From Squalus acanthias (taxonomy: Eukaryota): a DNA stretch of 64,000 nucleotides. Shown in pieces: positions 1 to 13,460 of this stretch (position 1 is the stretch's first letter; each line of letters begins with the position of its first letter). The stretch spans positions 178,934,001 to 178,998,000 of the forward strand of contig CM059425.1 in the NCBI GenBank assembly GCA_030390025.1. Reading direction: 5' to 3'. The notes below the pieces were generated by a model. It had not been told where the DNA came from. It saw only the letters and a list, made by a program, of their open reading frames with translations, and searched no databases. The translations under genes and the position numbers were made by a program.

Positions 1-410
1 GGTTCACAGTCCCACTCCAGAGACTTGAGCACATAAATCTAGGCTGACACTCCAGTGCAGTGCTGAGGGAGTGGTGCACTGTCGGAGGTGCTGTCTTTCG
101 AAAGAGATGTTAAACCGAGGCCCCGTCTGCTCTCAGGTGGACGTAAAAGATCCCATGGCACTATTTCGAAGAAAAGCAGGGGAATTCTCCATGGTGTCCT
201 GGCCAATATTTATCCCTCAATCAACATAACAAAAACAGATTATCTGGTCATTATCACATCGCTGTTAGTGGGAGCTTGCTGTGCGCAAATTGGCTGCCGC
301 GTTTCCACATTCCAACAGTGACTACACTTCAAAAAGTACTAATTGGCTGTAAAGCGCTTTGAGACGTCCGGTAGTCATGAAAGGTGCTATATAAATGCAA
401 GTCTTTTTTT
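1..410 (+). mobile_element. tRNA-derived SINE with Deu-like core and L2-type tail (5' end cut by window edge)
   Basis: Core gtgctgtctttc..gttaaaccgagg..gtgtcctggccaatatttatccctcaa and tail aaaggtgctatataaatgcaagtc(t)n; homologous copies at 33943-34297 and 62418-62850. Confidence 0.8.
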
Positions 411-519
411 TGCTCCTCCAGACTTCCCAGTATTGTATATCACATGTTTATCGCCCTTTCACTGAAAAAAGACTGCCTGAATTCCATTTTCTTTTTTCAT
501 CCTTAATTTGAAACAGTGA

Positions 520-1300
520 CCCCTTATTCTCGGATTTTATATACAGTAGAAAAAATATCTGAGCTCACATTATCCAAGCCCATCATAATTTTAAATGTTT
601 TCATCAAATCTTCTTTTTCAATAAGTAAAGTCTCAGGGTAGCTAACCTTTCCTCATTACTTTGTCCCTCTAGTTATTAAACTAATTTAGCAACAGTCCTT
701 TGCACTCCCTATAATAACCTAATATCCTTTTTAAAATAAGGTGACCAAAACTGCCTGCAGCATTCCAGATGTTGGCTCCCCAATGCTAGATATAATTTTA
801 GAATGACCTCTCTCGATTTCCATCCCAGCATCCTGTTTGCTTATCTAGCTGCGAAACCACACTGTATCAATGATTAGTGACCTGTCCCCTTCAAATCCCA
901 AATTCTTTTTCCTGTTGTGACACCTCAAGCACATTGCAATTTATAATCCACACTGTCCTTTCCTCTACTGAATCTCATAACTTTATACTTCTCCATATTA
1001 AATTGCATCTGCCACTTCTTTGCCTAGCAACCTATATTCTCGAGAGCCTTTGGATTTGTGCACATCGTCAATCATTATTTGACACTGTTCCAGCTTAGTG
1101 TCGTCTGCAAATTTGGAAACCTTAGACATGATTCCATCCTCCAAATCATTTACTTTAACTATAAAAAACAATTCCAAGACTGACCCCTGTCCCACACTGC
1201 TAACAACTAGCTGCTAGTCAGGTACCTCACCACGCACCACAACACCTACTCTCTACCTGCCAGCCAATTTCTAATCTAGTGCCATACATTGTAAATTATT
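520..1300 (-). mobile_element. Old degenerate CR1 LINE, RT 3' part (continues at 3590-3741 and 9524-9740)
   Basis: ORF 998..1195 [26 protein letters not shown], with WIRNWL-like segment upstream. Confidence 0.7.
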
Positions 1301-1311
1301 AATTATTTCTT

Positions 1312-2148
1312 ATAAGAACATAAGAACACAAGAAATAGGAGCAGGAGTAGGCCATTTGGCCCCTCGAGCCTGCTCCCCCATTCAATAAGATCAGGGCTGA
1401 TCGTCTATCTCATCTCCACTTTCCTGCACTATCCCCATATCCCTTAATTCCCTTAATATTCAAAAATCTATCGATCTCTGTCTTGAATATACTCAACGAC
1501 TGAGCCTCCACAGCCCTCTGGGGTAGAGAATTCCAATGATTCACCACCCTCCGAGTGAAGAAATTTCTCCTCAGCTCAGTCCTAAATGGCCGACCCCCTT
1601 ATTCTGAGACTGTGACCCCTGGTTCTAGACTCCCCAGCCAGGGGAAACATCCTCCCTGCATCTACCCTGTCAAGCCCTGTAAGAATTTTGTATGTTTCAA
1701 TGAGATCACCTCTCATTCTTCTAAACTCTGTAGCATATAGACCTAGTCTACTCAATCTCTCCTCATAGGACAATCCCCCCAACCTAGGAATCAGTCTGTT
1801 GAACCTTTGTTGCACTCCCTCTATGGCAAGTATATCCTTCCTTAGGTAAGAAGACCAATACTGTACACAATACTCCAGGTGTGGTCTCACCAGGGTCCTA
1901 TATAATCGCAGTAAGACGCTTTTGCTCTTATACTCAAATCCTCTTGTAATAAAGGCCAACATACCATTTGCTTTCCTAATTGCTTGCTGTACCTGCATGT
2001 TAACTTTCAGTGATGCGTGTACAAGGACACCAACATTTCCCAATCTCATTAAAAAAATACTCTGACTTTCTATTTTTTATACTAAAGTGGATAACTTCAA
2101 ATTTCTCTACATTATATTCCATTTACCGTGTTCTTGCCCACTCACTTA
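1312..2148 (-). mobile_element. CR1 LINE 3' fragment with (TTCTTATG)n tail
   Basis: ORF 1582..2049 [30 protein letters not shown]; tail repeats at 1312-1335. Confidence 0.92.
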
Positions 2149-3545
2149 TTTTTTTTAAATTTGTTTATGGGATCTGGGCGCCTTCCTGCCCATTCCTAGT
2201 TGCCCTTGAGAAGGTGGTGCTGAGCCGTCTTCTTGAACCGCTGCAGTCTGTGTGGTGATGGTACTCCCACAGTGCTATTAGGTAGGGAGTTCCAGGATTT
2301 TGACCCAGCGACGATGAAGGATCGGCGATATACTTCTAAGTCAGGATGGTGTGTGACTTGGAGGGGAACTTGGAGGTGGTGGTGTTCCCATGCACCTGCT
2401 GCCCTTGTCCTTCGAGGTGGAAGAGGTCGTGGGTTTGGGAGGTGCTGCCGAGAAGCCTTGGCGAGTTGCTGCAGTGCATCTTGTAGATGGTACACACTGC
2501 AGCCACGGTACGCCGGTGGTGGAGGGAGTGAATGTTTAAGGTGGTGGATGGGGTGCCAATCAAGCAGGCTGCTTTCTCCTGGATGGTGTCGAGCTTCTTG
2601 AGTGTTGTTGGAGCTGCACTCATTCAGGCAAGTGGAGAGTATTCCATCACACTCCTTACTTGTGCCTTGTAGATGGTGGAAAGGCTTTGGGGAGTCAGGA
2701 GGTCAGACACTCGCCACAGAATACCTAGCCTCTGACCTGCTCTTGTTGCCACAGTATTTATGTGGCTGGTCCAGTTAAGTTTCTGGTCAATGGTGACCCC
2801 CCAGGATGTTGATAGTGGGGGATTCGACGATGGTAATGCCATTGAATGTCATGGGGAGGTGGTTAGACTCTCACTTGTTGGAGATAGTCATTGCCTGGCA
2901 CTTCTGTGGTGCGAATGTTACCTGCCACTTATCAGCCCAAGCCTGAACATCGTCCAGGTCTTGTTGCATGCGGGCATGGACTGCTTCATTATCTGAGGAG
3001 TTGTGAATGGCGCTGAACACTGTGCAGTCATCAGCAAACAGCCCCATTTCTGACCTTATGTTGGAGGGAAGGTCATTGATGAAGCAGCTGAAGATGGTTG
3101 GGCCTAGGACACTGCCCTGAGGAACTCCTGCAGCGATGTCCTGGGGCTGTGATGATTGACCTTCAACCAACGCAACCATCTTCCTTTGTGCTACGTATGA
3201 CTCCAGCCAGTGGAGCGTTTTCCCCCTGATTCCCATTGACTTCAGTTTTACTGGGGCTCCTTGATGCCACACTCGGTCAAATGCTGCCTTGATGTCAAGG
3301 GCAGTCACTCTCACCTCACCTCTGGAATTCAGCTCCTTTGTCCATGTTTGGACCAAGGCTGTAATGAGGTCTGGAGCCGAGTGGTCTTGGCGGAACCCAA
3401 ACTGGGCATCAGTGAGCAGGTTATTGGTGAGTAAGTGCCGCTTGATAACACCGTCGATGACACCTTCCATCACTTTGCTGATGATTGAGAGTAGACTGAT
3501 GGGGCGGTAATTGGTCGAGTAAGATTTGTCCTGCTTTTTGTGGTT
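2149..3545 (-). mobile_element. Second CR1-group LINE family (L2/Crack-like RT), 5'-truncated
   Basis: ORF 2871..3473 [32 protein letters not shown]; same family at 35030-38078. Confidence 0.85.
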
Positions 3546-3589
3546 TTGTGCTTTTTATGCAGTAGTCTATCATGTAAAGACAGACTGAG

Positions 3590-3741
3590 AAATGCAAAGA
3601 AGGTGTTAAGAGACAATGTAGGACAATGTTAAATTCCAATCTGAAATCCAGGTATACAACATTCACTGTCTCATTCTTAACCATTAGGTTTGTAACCTCT
3701 CCCAAAAAATCCAATTGATTGGTTATCTCTACTTCATCATT
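3590..3741 (-). mobile_element. Old CR1 fragment (middle piece of the interrupted copy)
   Basis: DFLGEVTNLMVKNETVNVVYLDF resembles CR1 [16 protein letters not shown]. Confidence 0.6.
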
Positions 3742-4796
3742 GGGCTGGATTTTCCCTGCGGAGGCGGGATGGCGACAGGAGAGCTGGTTGGCGGGTTCCG
3801 TTCCTGCTCCCGTCTACAGCTGATCTCTGAAAATGATTTTCCGTAGATTGTTAAGCCCGCCCTGTGGGGTTCCTGGCCAATTAACTGGAAGCAGGTCTGA
3901 TGACGTCATTTGATGATACTTCATCAGCCGGTTTCCTTAAAGGGACCACGGGCACATTGATTTTGACGGTTGTTCTCTCAGTGTTCTGCAGCATTGAGGT
4001 GCTGCAAACACTGACAAGCACTGCACAAAGGTGCACGTCTGCACCCAGGCTCTCGCATGACTCCCTCCATATGCTTTTGGAGGGAGTCACAGCAGGCAGG
4101 GAGGTTCTCTTCCCTTCCAAGGGCGGAAGAGACCTCCCCAGGAGATCAACACAGTCTGTTTGCACATTGCACAGGAGGACACAAGCAGAAATGTGGTCAG
4201 GAGTCCCAGGCTGCAGTAATACCAACCTTTCAATGATCTCAGTAGATCACGAAACATTACTGCAAAGCCACACTCAACCTCATCCTGCTGTGCCACTCAT
4301 CACATCCCCATCACTCTGCCTTCCCTACCCTACTCCTGCACATCCTTACTCACACCAACATATCTTGCACCTCCACCCATCCCTCTCTGTCTATATTATC
4401 ACTTCCCCATCTCACTAGCCACCTGTCACACTTACCCTCATCCTACTGCAGGCATACCAACTAACAACACACAAGGGTAGGCACTTGAGAAGTTTAACCA
4501 ATGTTCATGTGAAGTTTCTGTTAATGTGTTGTTAATATTGAAATCTATATTTTCAACACTTCACCTTTTTGGACAGATCAGTGCGCACGCTACAAAGTGT
4601 CTTAGTGAGTTCCAGTAAATGTTGAGACATAACTCCACCACCCCCCCTCCCGCTATTGTGATGAGTGTGAAAGGAATGGCTTGGACATAATAAGGATGCT
4701 TTATGGTGCTGGTGTGGGATGGTGTCAACCTGTCACATCATGTGGCAGCCAGGGTGTACAGCATCAAGTGAAGTAAATCTCCTTAACCGAGACTCT

Positions 4797-5513
4797 GGGC
4801 TGGATTTTCATTGACCCGTGGAGGTGGTTTTGGAGGCGTGTGGGGAGTTAAAATTGTGAAAACTGGTGGGCGGGCACAAGCCCGCCTCCAACCCACCTCC
4901 ACGCAATTTTAATTAAATCGTGTCTGCTGGTCCCGACTCCGTCCCGCCTCCAAGAGGCGGGATAGGCTGTTAAGGCCCTTAACAAGCACTAAATTGCCTC
5001 TATAATGCCATTTTGAAAGGCCTTTGTGATTTTAACCCTTTTTCTACGTGAAGCACGCCTGTTCTGAACCACGAATGTGAAACTTGGCAGGAGCACATTT
5101 GGATAGGGCGGGCGGGCGGGCGGGCTGGCAGGCCGGCTATGGGGAATGCATATATGGATGGCTATGTGGATGGATGCATATTTGGGGATGGGGAGGAGAC
5201 ATATCTGGGAGTGGTGGTGTAAAAATATCTGGGAGCAGACTTAGGGCTGCTGCTGCTCATTTTGCATCCAGGTCCTCTCACAGCAAAGGCCAGGCAGTCT
5301 CTGAAGACCTTCAATGCAGCAGCAATGATGATATCATCAGAGGCGACTTTCAGACTGAAAACACTAATTGGGTCATGGGTTCCCACATGCTGGAACTCAA
5401 TTGCCCAATTAGGTGACAATTGCATCAATCTCCCACATCCAATTGCAGTCAGGTGGATAACACGAAAAGTGGATGACACGACCCCAACCCGCCCCAGTAT
5501 CAAAATCCAGCCC
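4797..5513. mobile_element. Non-autonomous Harbinger (family A MITE) inserted in the RTE
   Basis: Perfect TIR gggctggatttt / aaaatccagccc; TCT TSD. Confidence 0.9.
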
Positions 5514-6440
5514 TCTGTCTTCGATGTGCGTGTCCTCAACTCCATCCCACAGCATGCTACCCACCACCACCTCAGCACAACCCCAGCCCGGCATGAGGTT
5601 GAAAAGGCCATCCAACAACTGAAGAACAACAAGGCCTCAGGAGCAGATGGAATCCCCGCCGAGGCACTAAAACATGGCGGAGAAGCACTATTGGCGCAAA
5701 TACATGAACTCATTTCTCTTATTTGGAAGGAGGAGAGCATGCCAGGGGATCTCAGAGATGTCGTAATCGTGACCATCTTCAAGAAAGGTGACAAGTCCGA
5801 TTACAGTAATTACAGAGGTGTCCCCCTGCTGTCTGCAACAGGGAAAGTCATCGCAAGAATCCTCCTCATTCGCCTTCTCCCAGTGGCTGAATAGCTCCTC
5901 CCAGAGTCGCAATGCGGATTCCGCTCACTAAGGGGCACAATAAACATGATCTTCACCGCACGTCAACTACAAGAGAGATGCAGGGAACAGCACCAACCGC
6001 TGTACATGGCCTTCTTTGACCTTGACACCATCAACCGTGAGGGATTATGGAGTGCCCTCCTCAAATTCGGCTGCCCTCAAAAGTTTGTCACCATCCTCCG
6101 CCTGCTTCACAACAACATGCAAGCCGTCATCCTGACCAACAGATCCACCACAGACCCAATTCACATACGGACCGGGGTCAAGCAAGGCTGTGTCATCGCA
6201 CCAACGCTCTTCTCGATCTTCCTGGCTGCAATGCTCCATCTCACCCTCAGTAAGCTCCCCGCTGGAGTGGAGCTAATCTACAGAACAAATGGGAAACTGT
6301 TCAACCTCCGTCGCCTCCAGTCCAGATCCAAGGTCGTCCCATCCTCTGTCATCGAATTACAGTATGCAGACGACGCTTGCGTCTGCGCACACTCTGAGGC
6401 CAAACTCCAAACCATCATCAACACCTTCACCGAAGCGTAC

Positions 6441-7901
6441 TGAAGGGATAATTACAAGTCCTAGCCCTTCTCGGGCTACTCCAGATCAGGCATATTTTCC
6501 AGACGTTCCCCTTCAACTAAAGTTAGAGATAGCCGAATCCCATAAGACGCTTAATTGGGTCTAAAGGTCAGACTACCTCTCCCTAAAGGAAAGAAACGGC
6601 CTGAAGATGTTACCATCCTCCGGATAGCACTTTTAATAAGTTTAACTAGACTGTAACCTTCTGGATATTATGAGGGTCCGGAACCCCCCCGCCCCCCCCA
6701 GAATTCTGCAACTCCTCACAAAAGAGTGTACAGAAATTGAGTTTGCGAGGTTGATACAGAAATACTCTGTGAGACAATTCTAAAAATATATAGATTTATT
6801 AAAGAACCGAAATTCAGCTAACAGTTGTTGATTCAATCGCAACTTTAACAGTTCAAAATATAAATAGCTTACATTTCTTATCAGAGATCCTTATTCTCAA
6901 ATCTTAACTTCGTTACATTTCCACACTTCTACTTATTCTTAATCCAGAATATCCACCAAAATCAAATAAAAGTACCTCTTGATCCCCGAGACTCAATGAG
7001 TTAAAAACTTACAGAGCCTGCCTCTGAAGTTGCGAATCGCTTGCCCTTCCAACGACTTCTGTTTTCCCATTTGAAAAGCTCTATTTTTATACCTTTTTTA
7101 GTGGTATATTCTTTGAAGTTTTCTGCTGATGTAAGCTAATTATCTCCAGTCATCCTTTCTGTTGACTTTTTTCTATTCTTACTGTCAATTTAGCTGTTAA
7201 CTTTCAGAATCGTGTCTGCTGTATAGGTGTTTCAAAACCTATCCTAAAATGGCTACAACAGATTTATCTCTTTGATGCCATTCTTATCGAAGGTCTTCCA
7301 TTCAATTCTTAATATTGGCTTAACTTGTTATTAGCAGACGTCTTGTCTCCTAACTATTCCATTTTCAATACAAACACAATGTGATTGCTTGGTACATCTA
7401 TTGATGTAATATTTTCAAAGTGTTCTGTTGTGTACCTTTTACAATATGTAAATCAAAGCCACTTCAACCAGGGTGTTTGTTTTCCTAGCCATCTTAGTTG
7501 GTTATATATATAATCATGTTTCCTGTTTCATTTGATGTTTCTTTTACAAAGACACATGGTTTTTTAATATTCTGTGTTCCTGTTCGAAGTGTTATTTTTT
7601 AACACTTTAAACTGGGTATAGCTATTGTGTTGGTTCCAAACTGCAGACTCCTTGGAACCTACAACCATCTGTTTCAATGAGGCCATTGTCTTAGTATTTA
7701 CAACCAATTCCCATTTCAAAGCTTGTGTGGTGTTTACAACTATTGTTAACAACTGATCTTATCTCAGAAGCCTGTGTTCTGTTTGCAGCCTGTGTCGTTG
7801 AGGCTTTTAGATTTTGAACCCTAGTTTGTCATGTTTTAATAAAGCTAGAATTCTGTTCATAGGATAGTGTATTTTTCTGAACTATGGCTCATTCCTTTAC
7901 A
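6441..7901 (-). mobile_element. Solo LTR (1461 bp) of an ERV or Gypsy-type retroelement
   Basis: TG...CA ends; GTAC TSD; splits RTE codons TEAY|ESMG; minus-strand TATAAAAA 7084-7091 and AATAAA 6795-6800. Confidence 0.85.
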
Positions 7902-8874
7902 GTACGAGAGCATGGGCCTTACACTAAACATCCGTAAGACAAAGGTCCTCTACCAACCTGCCCCCGCCACACAGTACTGCCCCCCGATTATCAAAATCCA
8001 TGATGAGGCCATGGACAACGTGGACCAGTTTCCATACCTTGGGAGCCTACTGTCAACAAGGGCAGACGTCGATGACGAAGTTCAACACCGCCTTCATTGT
8101 GCCAGTGTAGCCTTCAGTTGCCTGAGGAAGACAGTGTTTGAAGACCAGGACCTCAAACCCAGCACCAAGCTCATGTGATACCCGCCCTCCTGTATGCTTC
8201 AGAGACATGGACCATGTACAGCAGGCACCTCAATGCACTGGAGAGGTATCACCAACGTTGCCTCCACAAGATCCTGCAAATCCATTGTCAGTGTTCTCGC
8301 TCAGGCCAACATCCCCAGCATCGAAGCTTTGACCACGCTCGATCAGCTCCGATGGATGGGCCACATCGTCTGCATGCCCAATACGAGACTCCCAAAACAA
8401 GCACTCTACTCGGAGCTCCAACACGGCAAGAGAGCCCCAGGTGGGCAGAGGAAACGCTTCAAGGACACCCTCAAAGCCTCCTTGAAAAAGTGCAACATCC
8501 CCACTGACACCTGGGAATCCCTGGCCCAAGACCGCACAAAGTGGAGGAGAAGCATTCGGGAAGGCGCCGAACACCTCGAGTCTCTTCGCCGGGAGCAAGC
8601 GGAAGCCAAGCGCAAACAGTGGAAGGAGCACCGTCAACCCAAGCACCCCACCCGCCCCTTCAACCACCGTCTGCCCCACCTGTGACAGAGACTGTAGGTC
8701 CCGCATTGGACTCATCAGTCACCTGAGAACTCATTTTTAGTGTGGAAGCAAGTCATCCTCGGTTCCGAGGGACTGCCTAAGAAGAAGAAATCTGGCCATG
8801 GTGATGCCATCGCTGGCCTCCTAAGCAGCAATGTTGTCGGGTGCTGATGCCCTGTGTCCTGTGCAGCATCAGGT

Positions 8875-8965
8875 GATTGTGGAGAAGGTTGTTGGTGTCG
8901 TTGTTGGTGATGTTGTTGGTGATGTTGTTGATGATGTTGGTGTGCCTGGTGATGTTGGTGTTGGG
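8875..8965. repeat. (GATGTTGTTGGT)n-like simple repeat encoding a Q/H-rich transposase N-terminus on minus strand
   Basis: Visible tandem; translates QHQHHQAHQHHQQHHQQHHQQ. Confidence 0.75.
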
Positions 8966-9523
8966 GCTGATCGTGGAAGGAATCAGTGGACCAAGGTGAG
9001 ATTTTTTTCAAGGGCACCGATGTTGCTGCAATAGATGGCAGCTGAAGTTGAGATGACAGAAGTGATCTGTCAATGGTGAGAGAGCTTGGACCAAGGAGGT
9101 GCCACTGGATATACATTTGGCTCTAAACACTTGCAAGCTAAAGAAATCTCTATATGTCTCTCAAATGCAGTAACCTGACCATCTTACAGAATGGTATCCT
9201 TTATACCACTTCTACAGCTGTCAGGTTATCAGATAAATCAAAGTAGACTCAACTCATGCCACGGTGAGCTGGCGTGTTCCCCGAGCAGCAGGTAACTCGT
9301 GGGGGAGCTCGTAAAATTACAAGGTAGGCTCAAAATACCATTAAATTGGCTGTTAACAGCCGCTTGGTGTCGGGTCAGTTCTGCGCAGACAGACCCGACA
9401 CCTGGGAGACTTGCGTGGAGGCGGGTTGATGGCGGGTTTCCGACCCGCTGTCAATCTTTGCTACTTTGACAGCGGACCCACCTCCAAACCTGCTCTCTGA
9501 GCGCTGGCAAAATCTAGCCCATT

Positions 9524-9740
9524 GTCTCTAAAGATGATGCCTTATACTATCCCTCATCATAGTTACAAACAATTTCCATTCAATTGAGGTAAGGCTTTCA
9601 GTTCTGTTATGTGACAGTTTGTCCTTAGCCTCTTTTTTTTAAAGTGACTTTTTTCATAAAATCTAATCTAACGTAATCAATATTTTAAACATTGTGCATG
9701 TTTATCCTATTGAGAAGAAGCCTTGCTTAGTTTAGAAATA
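9524..9740 (-). mobile_element. Old CR1 fragment (5'-most piece of the interrupted copy)
   Basis: Minus translation resembles [17 protein letters not shown]. Confidence 0.55.
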
Positions 9741-9744
9741 TCTA

Positions 9745-10599
9745 GGCCGGGATCTTACCTGATGAGGCTCGTTGGGGGCGGGACTGCTGGTTTCCGGGTT
9801 CTAGTCCCACCCCCAGTGACGTCTGATGACCTGACGCTATTTTCCCCTGATTGGCCTTGTTAAGCCCGCCCTGCGGGATTGCCGGCCAATTAAGGGAAAG
9901 CTGGTGTCAGATGACGTCAGTGCATGATGCTTCATCTGCCGGTTTTGTTAAAGTGACAGGCACCATAATTTTTTGACAGATGAATTATCAGTGTTTGCAG
10001 CATTGAGGTGCTGTCAAACACTGACAATCACTGTCCAAAGGTGAACCCTTTCACCCAGGCTCACCAATGACTCTCTCCTTAGGAGAAAACAGATGGCAGC
10101 TGCATGTGAGATTGCAGAAGCCATCTGTCAATTCTCCCGATCAGATGAGGCTTAACATAAACATCAAATCTTGTCACCTGCAAAGACATACAAACAGAAT
10201 AAAAATATTTCTCAGTACATTCTCTCACCTGTCATACTTACCTGTGCCCCCATTGCACCCATCACACTACCCCTGCAGCTGTCATTTGCACACTTACACT
10301 GCAGCAGACCCACAGCTCGCCTCGCTGACCCTGGCGGGGTTCCCCGACGTCGGGAAGCCCGCATCAGCAGGCGGAAAATGGTGAAAAGTCTCTTAACTGC
10401 CTGTTAACTACCTGTTAACAGGCAGTTAATTGGCTCTAATCCCCTTCCCGCCGCTAGGAGACGGGTCCCTGCGCGAGTTTGGGACCCGTCTCCCGGGAAG
10501 ATGGTTCGTAGGTGGGTTGGGACCCGCTCCCAATTTTTCCCATTTTCCCAGCAGTCCCGCCTCCAAACCCGCCTCCTCAGGGCTGGTAAAATCCAGCCC
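9745..10599. mobile_element. Non-autonomous Harbinger family A
   Basis: TIR ggccgggatcttacc / ggtaaaatccagccc; CTA TSD; similar to 3742-4050. Confidence 0.85.
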
Positions 10600-11879
10600 C
10601 TAGTATTCGCTACTGTAGCTTGAGCTGATCCTAAAAAGGGTACTTTTAAAATCTCAACTATTTTGCTCCGAGCGTTTGATGCAGGCCGATGACCTGCCAA
10701 GAAATATGAAACAAAATGACAAAAGATAAAAGAAATGACATATGGAGAAGTTAAATGTAAGCAGGAACTCCAGCTCAACATAATTCATTATGTACCCTGC
10801 AGCTTCCTGTCCCACAGTTTCTTACACCCTGCCAGGAAAGGGATTTACCAAAGCCAGTCCTTTCACCAAGTTTCCTCTGTCGTTTATCAGTTGCTACCAG
10901 GCTCTCCTATGAAATATTCATCCTCTGCAGCTGAGACTCTTCTGCCCCGTAAGACACAGGCACAGCTCTACATGGTTTTTAATCTTTTTTATCAGCCAAC
11001 TATTTAATTCCCTAGTTTGCATTTAAGATAAGTGGCCATGAGTCTGCTACACCAGGTTAACATAAATTGTGATTTGTTCTGAAACTGTTCCGTCTCCAGT
11101 GGCAACATCAGGTAAGAGAGTTGCCAGAGTGACATAAAGCATGCCCTTACTCAGAGATGGTGCAGAGGCAGAGCCAACAGAAAGCAATCATTATGGACCT
11201 AATTTATAAAGAGACAGGTGGCTTTGAAAGATGAAAAGCTTTTTCTTTCTTTGCTTGCAACACTGCAAACAATGTTTATGAGTTAATAATATTCTTCTCC
11301 ACACCTCTCAATAATGATTTTTTTTTGCTCGATTAAATCTGTTTGACATTTTGAGAAATATGTATTTTTTTGTATAATTACTGCCATAAATATTTATAAA
11401 AGACCAGAACAAATAAGATGCTGCCATGAAGTTCAGTGATTAAGTAAGATTTAGAAGCTCGAGTCTTTTGCTGTAAATAGCTTCACAATAGGTAGACTCT
11501 ACAAATGTCCACTGAACACGTTAACATACTACTTTAGAAAAAAGGTAAACTTATGAAAATTAAAGTGCTGGAATAAGGTTTAGGTAAACATTTTTGCTGT
11601 ATTTATAGAAAATATATTTAATCTACAGATGTAGTTGCATGAAAATATAATTCAAATGCCTCTTGAGGTGTAAAAAGATAATTGATCAGATACTGTTGGA
11701 AATTTTAATGCAATTTTTATTGCTGTGCTAGTCCCACATAACATTGAGCATGTGTAAATAGATGATAATTTTATAGGCAGAGAAGATTTTTAAATTATAG
11801 GTAGCAACAAAATTAAACTATGGTATACATAATGAAATAAGCTTCATGTGGCTTTCCCAACACCTTACTGGTAAATGCA

Positions 11880-12105
11880 TTGTCCAATTATGAATCCTAC
11901 AGGTCATAGAGGGTTGCTAGCACATGGAATACCTGACCAGAATCAAGGGTGGAAGCAGACTCTATAATAGCTTTTAAAAGGGAAGTGGATAAATATTTGG
12001 AAAATAAAATTTTTAAAGGGTAGACCAGAGTCTGAATAGCTGTTTCAGGGAGTCGACAAAGGCATGATAGGCTGAATGGCCTTCTTCCATGCTGTAAAAT
12101 TCTAT
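11880..12105 (+). mobile_element. Old CR1 3' end
   Basis: tggaat..cttttaaaagggaagtggataaata..ggctgaatggcct tail. Confidence 0.6.
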
Positions 12106-13118
12106 GGGGCCGATTTTCCCTGAATACTTTAGGTGCTAAAGAGCCCCCGAGGTGGCCAAGATGGGGTCTTGAGCAACCCCGGTTTAGCTCAAAACGTCAT
12201 CTTGATAAAGGAGTAGAAGCGCGTGCTTGGAATGGCTGCCCGGAGGATTGTTAAGGTTCTGATTGACAATTAAATGGCCTGCTAGCACTCATTAAAGAGG
12301 ATGCATAGCATTTTGGTGGCTAGCGCTTCAACTAACCTCTCCTAACAGCGACCAGCTGAACCGGAATAAACAAGTCGTTGCTGAGGATTTCGAGCGCTAC
12401 TTAAAGGCATGCTCAGCTTTCACTGTTCACTTGCTGCTGGAGGTTTGAAGAGCACTTTTGAGACTTTCTGGGACAGTTTTTCAGGACTTCAACAACACTC
12501 TATCAACATTTATTCCAGAAATTCTCTGAGGACGTCACCTAAAGAGAGTGAGTGCTGTGCTACTCTGCCTTATTGGAGACCTTATAGGAGTCACCAGGAG
12601 AAAGGGAGTGCTTGGTCATGGGCATCTTGCATGGGGTCCCCCTTGATCTGGAAGACGAATGGGAGGAGGACAAGGCCAGGCAGAGCAGCACCAGCTGCTG
12701 CAGGAGAGAGGGATAGAAGAGACAGGAGGATGAGGTGGGCTCCTTTCCCCCTTCGGGTACAAGACATCCCTCCTCCTCTGGACCTCCTCCACCAGGACCT
12801 CCAGTATTGTGTCTGAGAACCTGTGCACCCTCTCACCCGGTCCCTGAGCCATGCTGAAACAGGCCATTGTGTGTCAGCCTGCAAACTCCACACCTTCAGT
12901 GGAAGTGGGTGCATGGAGCTCTACAAAAATTGCTTATAATCAGCGCTTGAGTGTTAAACCTGCAGGTGTCTGTTTTAGCGCCTCCAGGCAAGTACAAATT
13001 ATGGTAACCATCAATTAGCCCCAAAATTGCGTGCTAAAACCAGACTTTCAAACAGACGTGTCTTATTAGCACAGCACCCACTTAGCGCCTGTTTCACCCT
13101 GATACCAAAATAACCCCC
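12106..13118. mobile_element. Harbinger family B-like deletion derivative
   Basis: Ends ggggccgatttt / aaaataaccccc; Myb N-terminus on minus strand ERVHRFSDTILEVLVEEVQRRRDVLYP; tagcgcc motifs. Confidence 0.7.
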
Positions 13119-13304
13119 TTTGATTCTAAGGTCCCAGGCTTGATTTGCTGTTAATGCTAAGTTAGTCAGGGCAGCAATGAGGGAGCTACAAATGACCACA
13201 ATGCTCCTGAGCTACAAAGAGAGAAAAAAAAGCTAAAGTTCATGATCCCAATTGCTGGATGTGACCTGTGCTTGTAATGATTGTGTATGTATGTTGTTGA
13301 ACTG

Positions 13305-13460
13305 ATAAGCATATGAGGGAAAAGGGAATAGAGGGTTATGCTGATAGAGTTAGATGAGGAAAGACGGGAGGTGGCTCGAGTGGAGCATAAATGTCGGCAT
13401 AGACTGGTTGGGCTGAATGGCCTGTTTCTGTGCTGTATATCCTATGCAATCTTACGTAAC
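13305..13460 (+). mobile_element. CR1 3' tail (family with ATCCTATGTA tail)
   Basis: Matches reverse complement of 44221-44380. Confidence 0.75.

Larger units (their letters stand above)
4781..8787 (+). mobile_element. RTE-clade LINE, 5'-truncated and interrupted
   Basis: KASGADGIPAE, GVKQGCVIAPTLF, LQYADD motifs; (AAG)n tail; AAATCT TSD at 4775-4780 and 8788-8793. Confidence 0.9.
3742..9520. mobile_element. PIF/Harbinger family A deletion derivative (~1.8 kb own sequence) carrying nested insertions
   Basis: TIRs gggctggatttt / aaaatctagccc; ATT TSD at 3739-3741 and 9521-9523; Myb exon-1 remnant APRLSHDSLHMLLEGV (+); transposase remnants (-). Confidence 0.88.
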
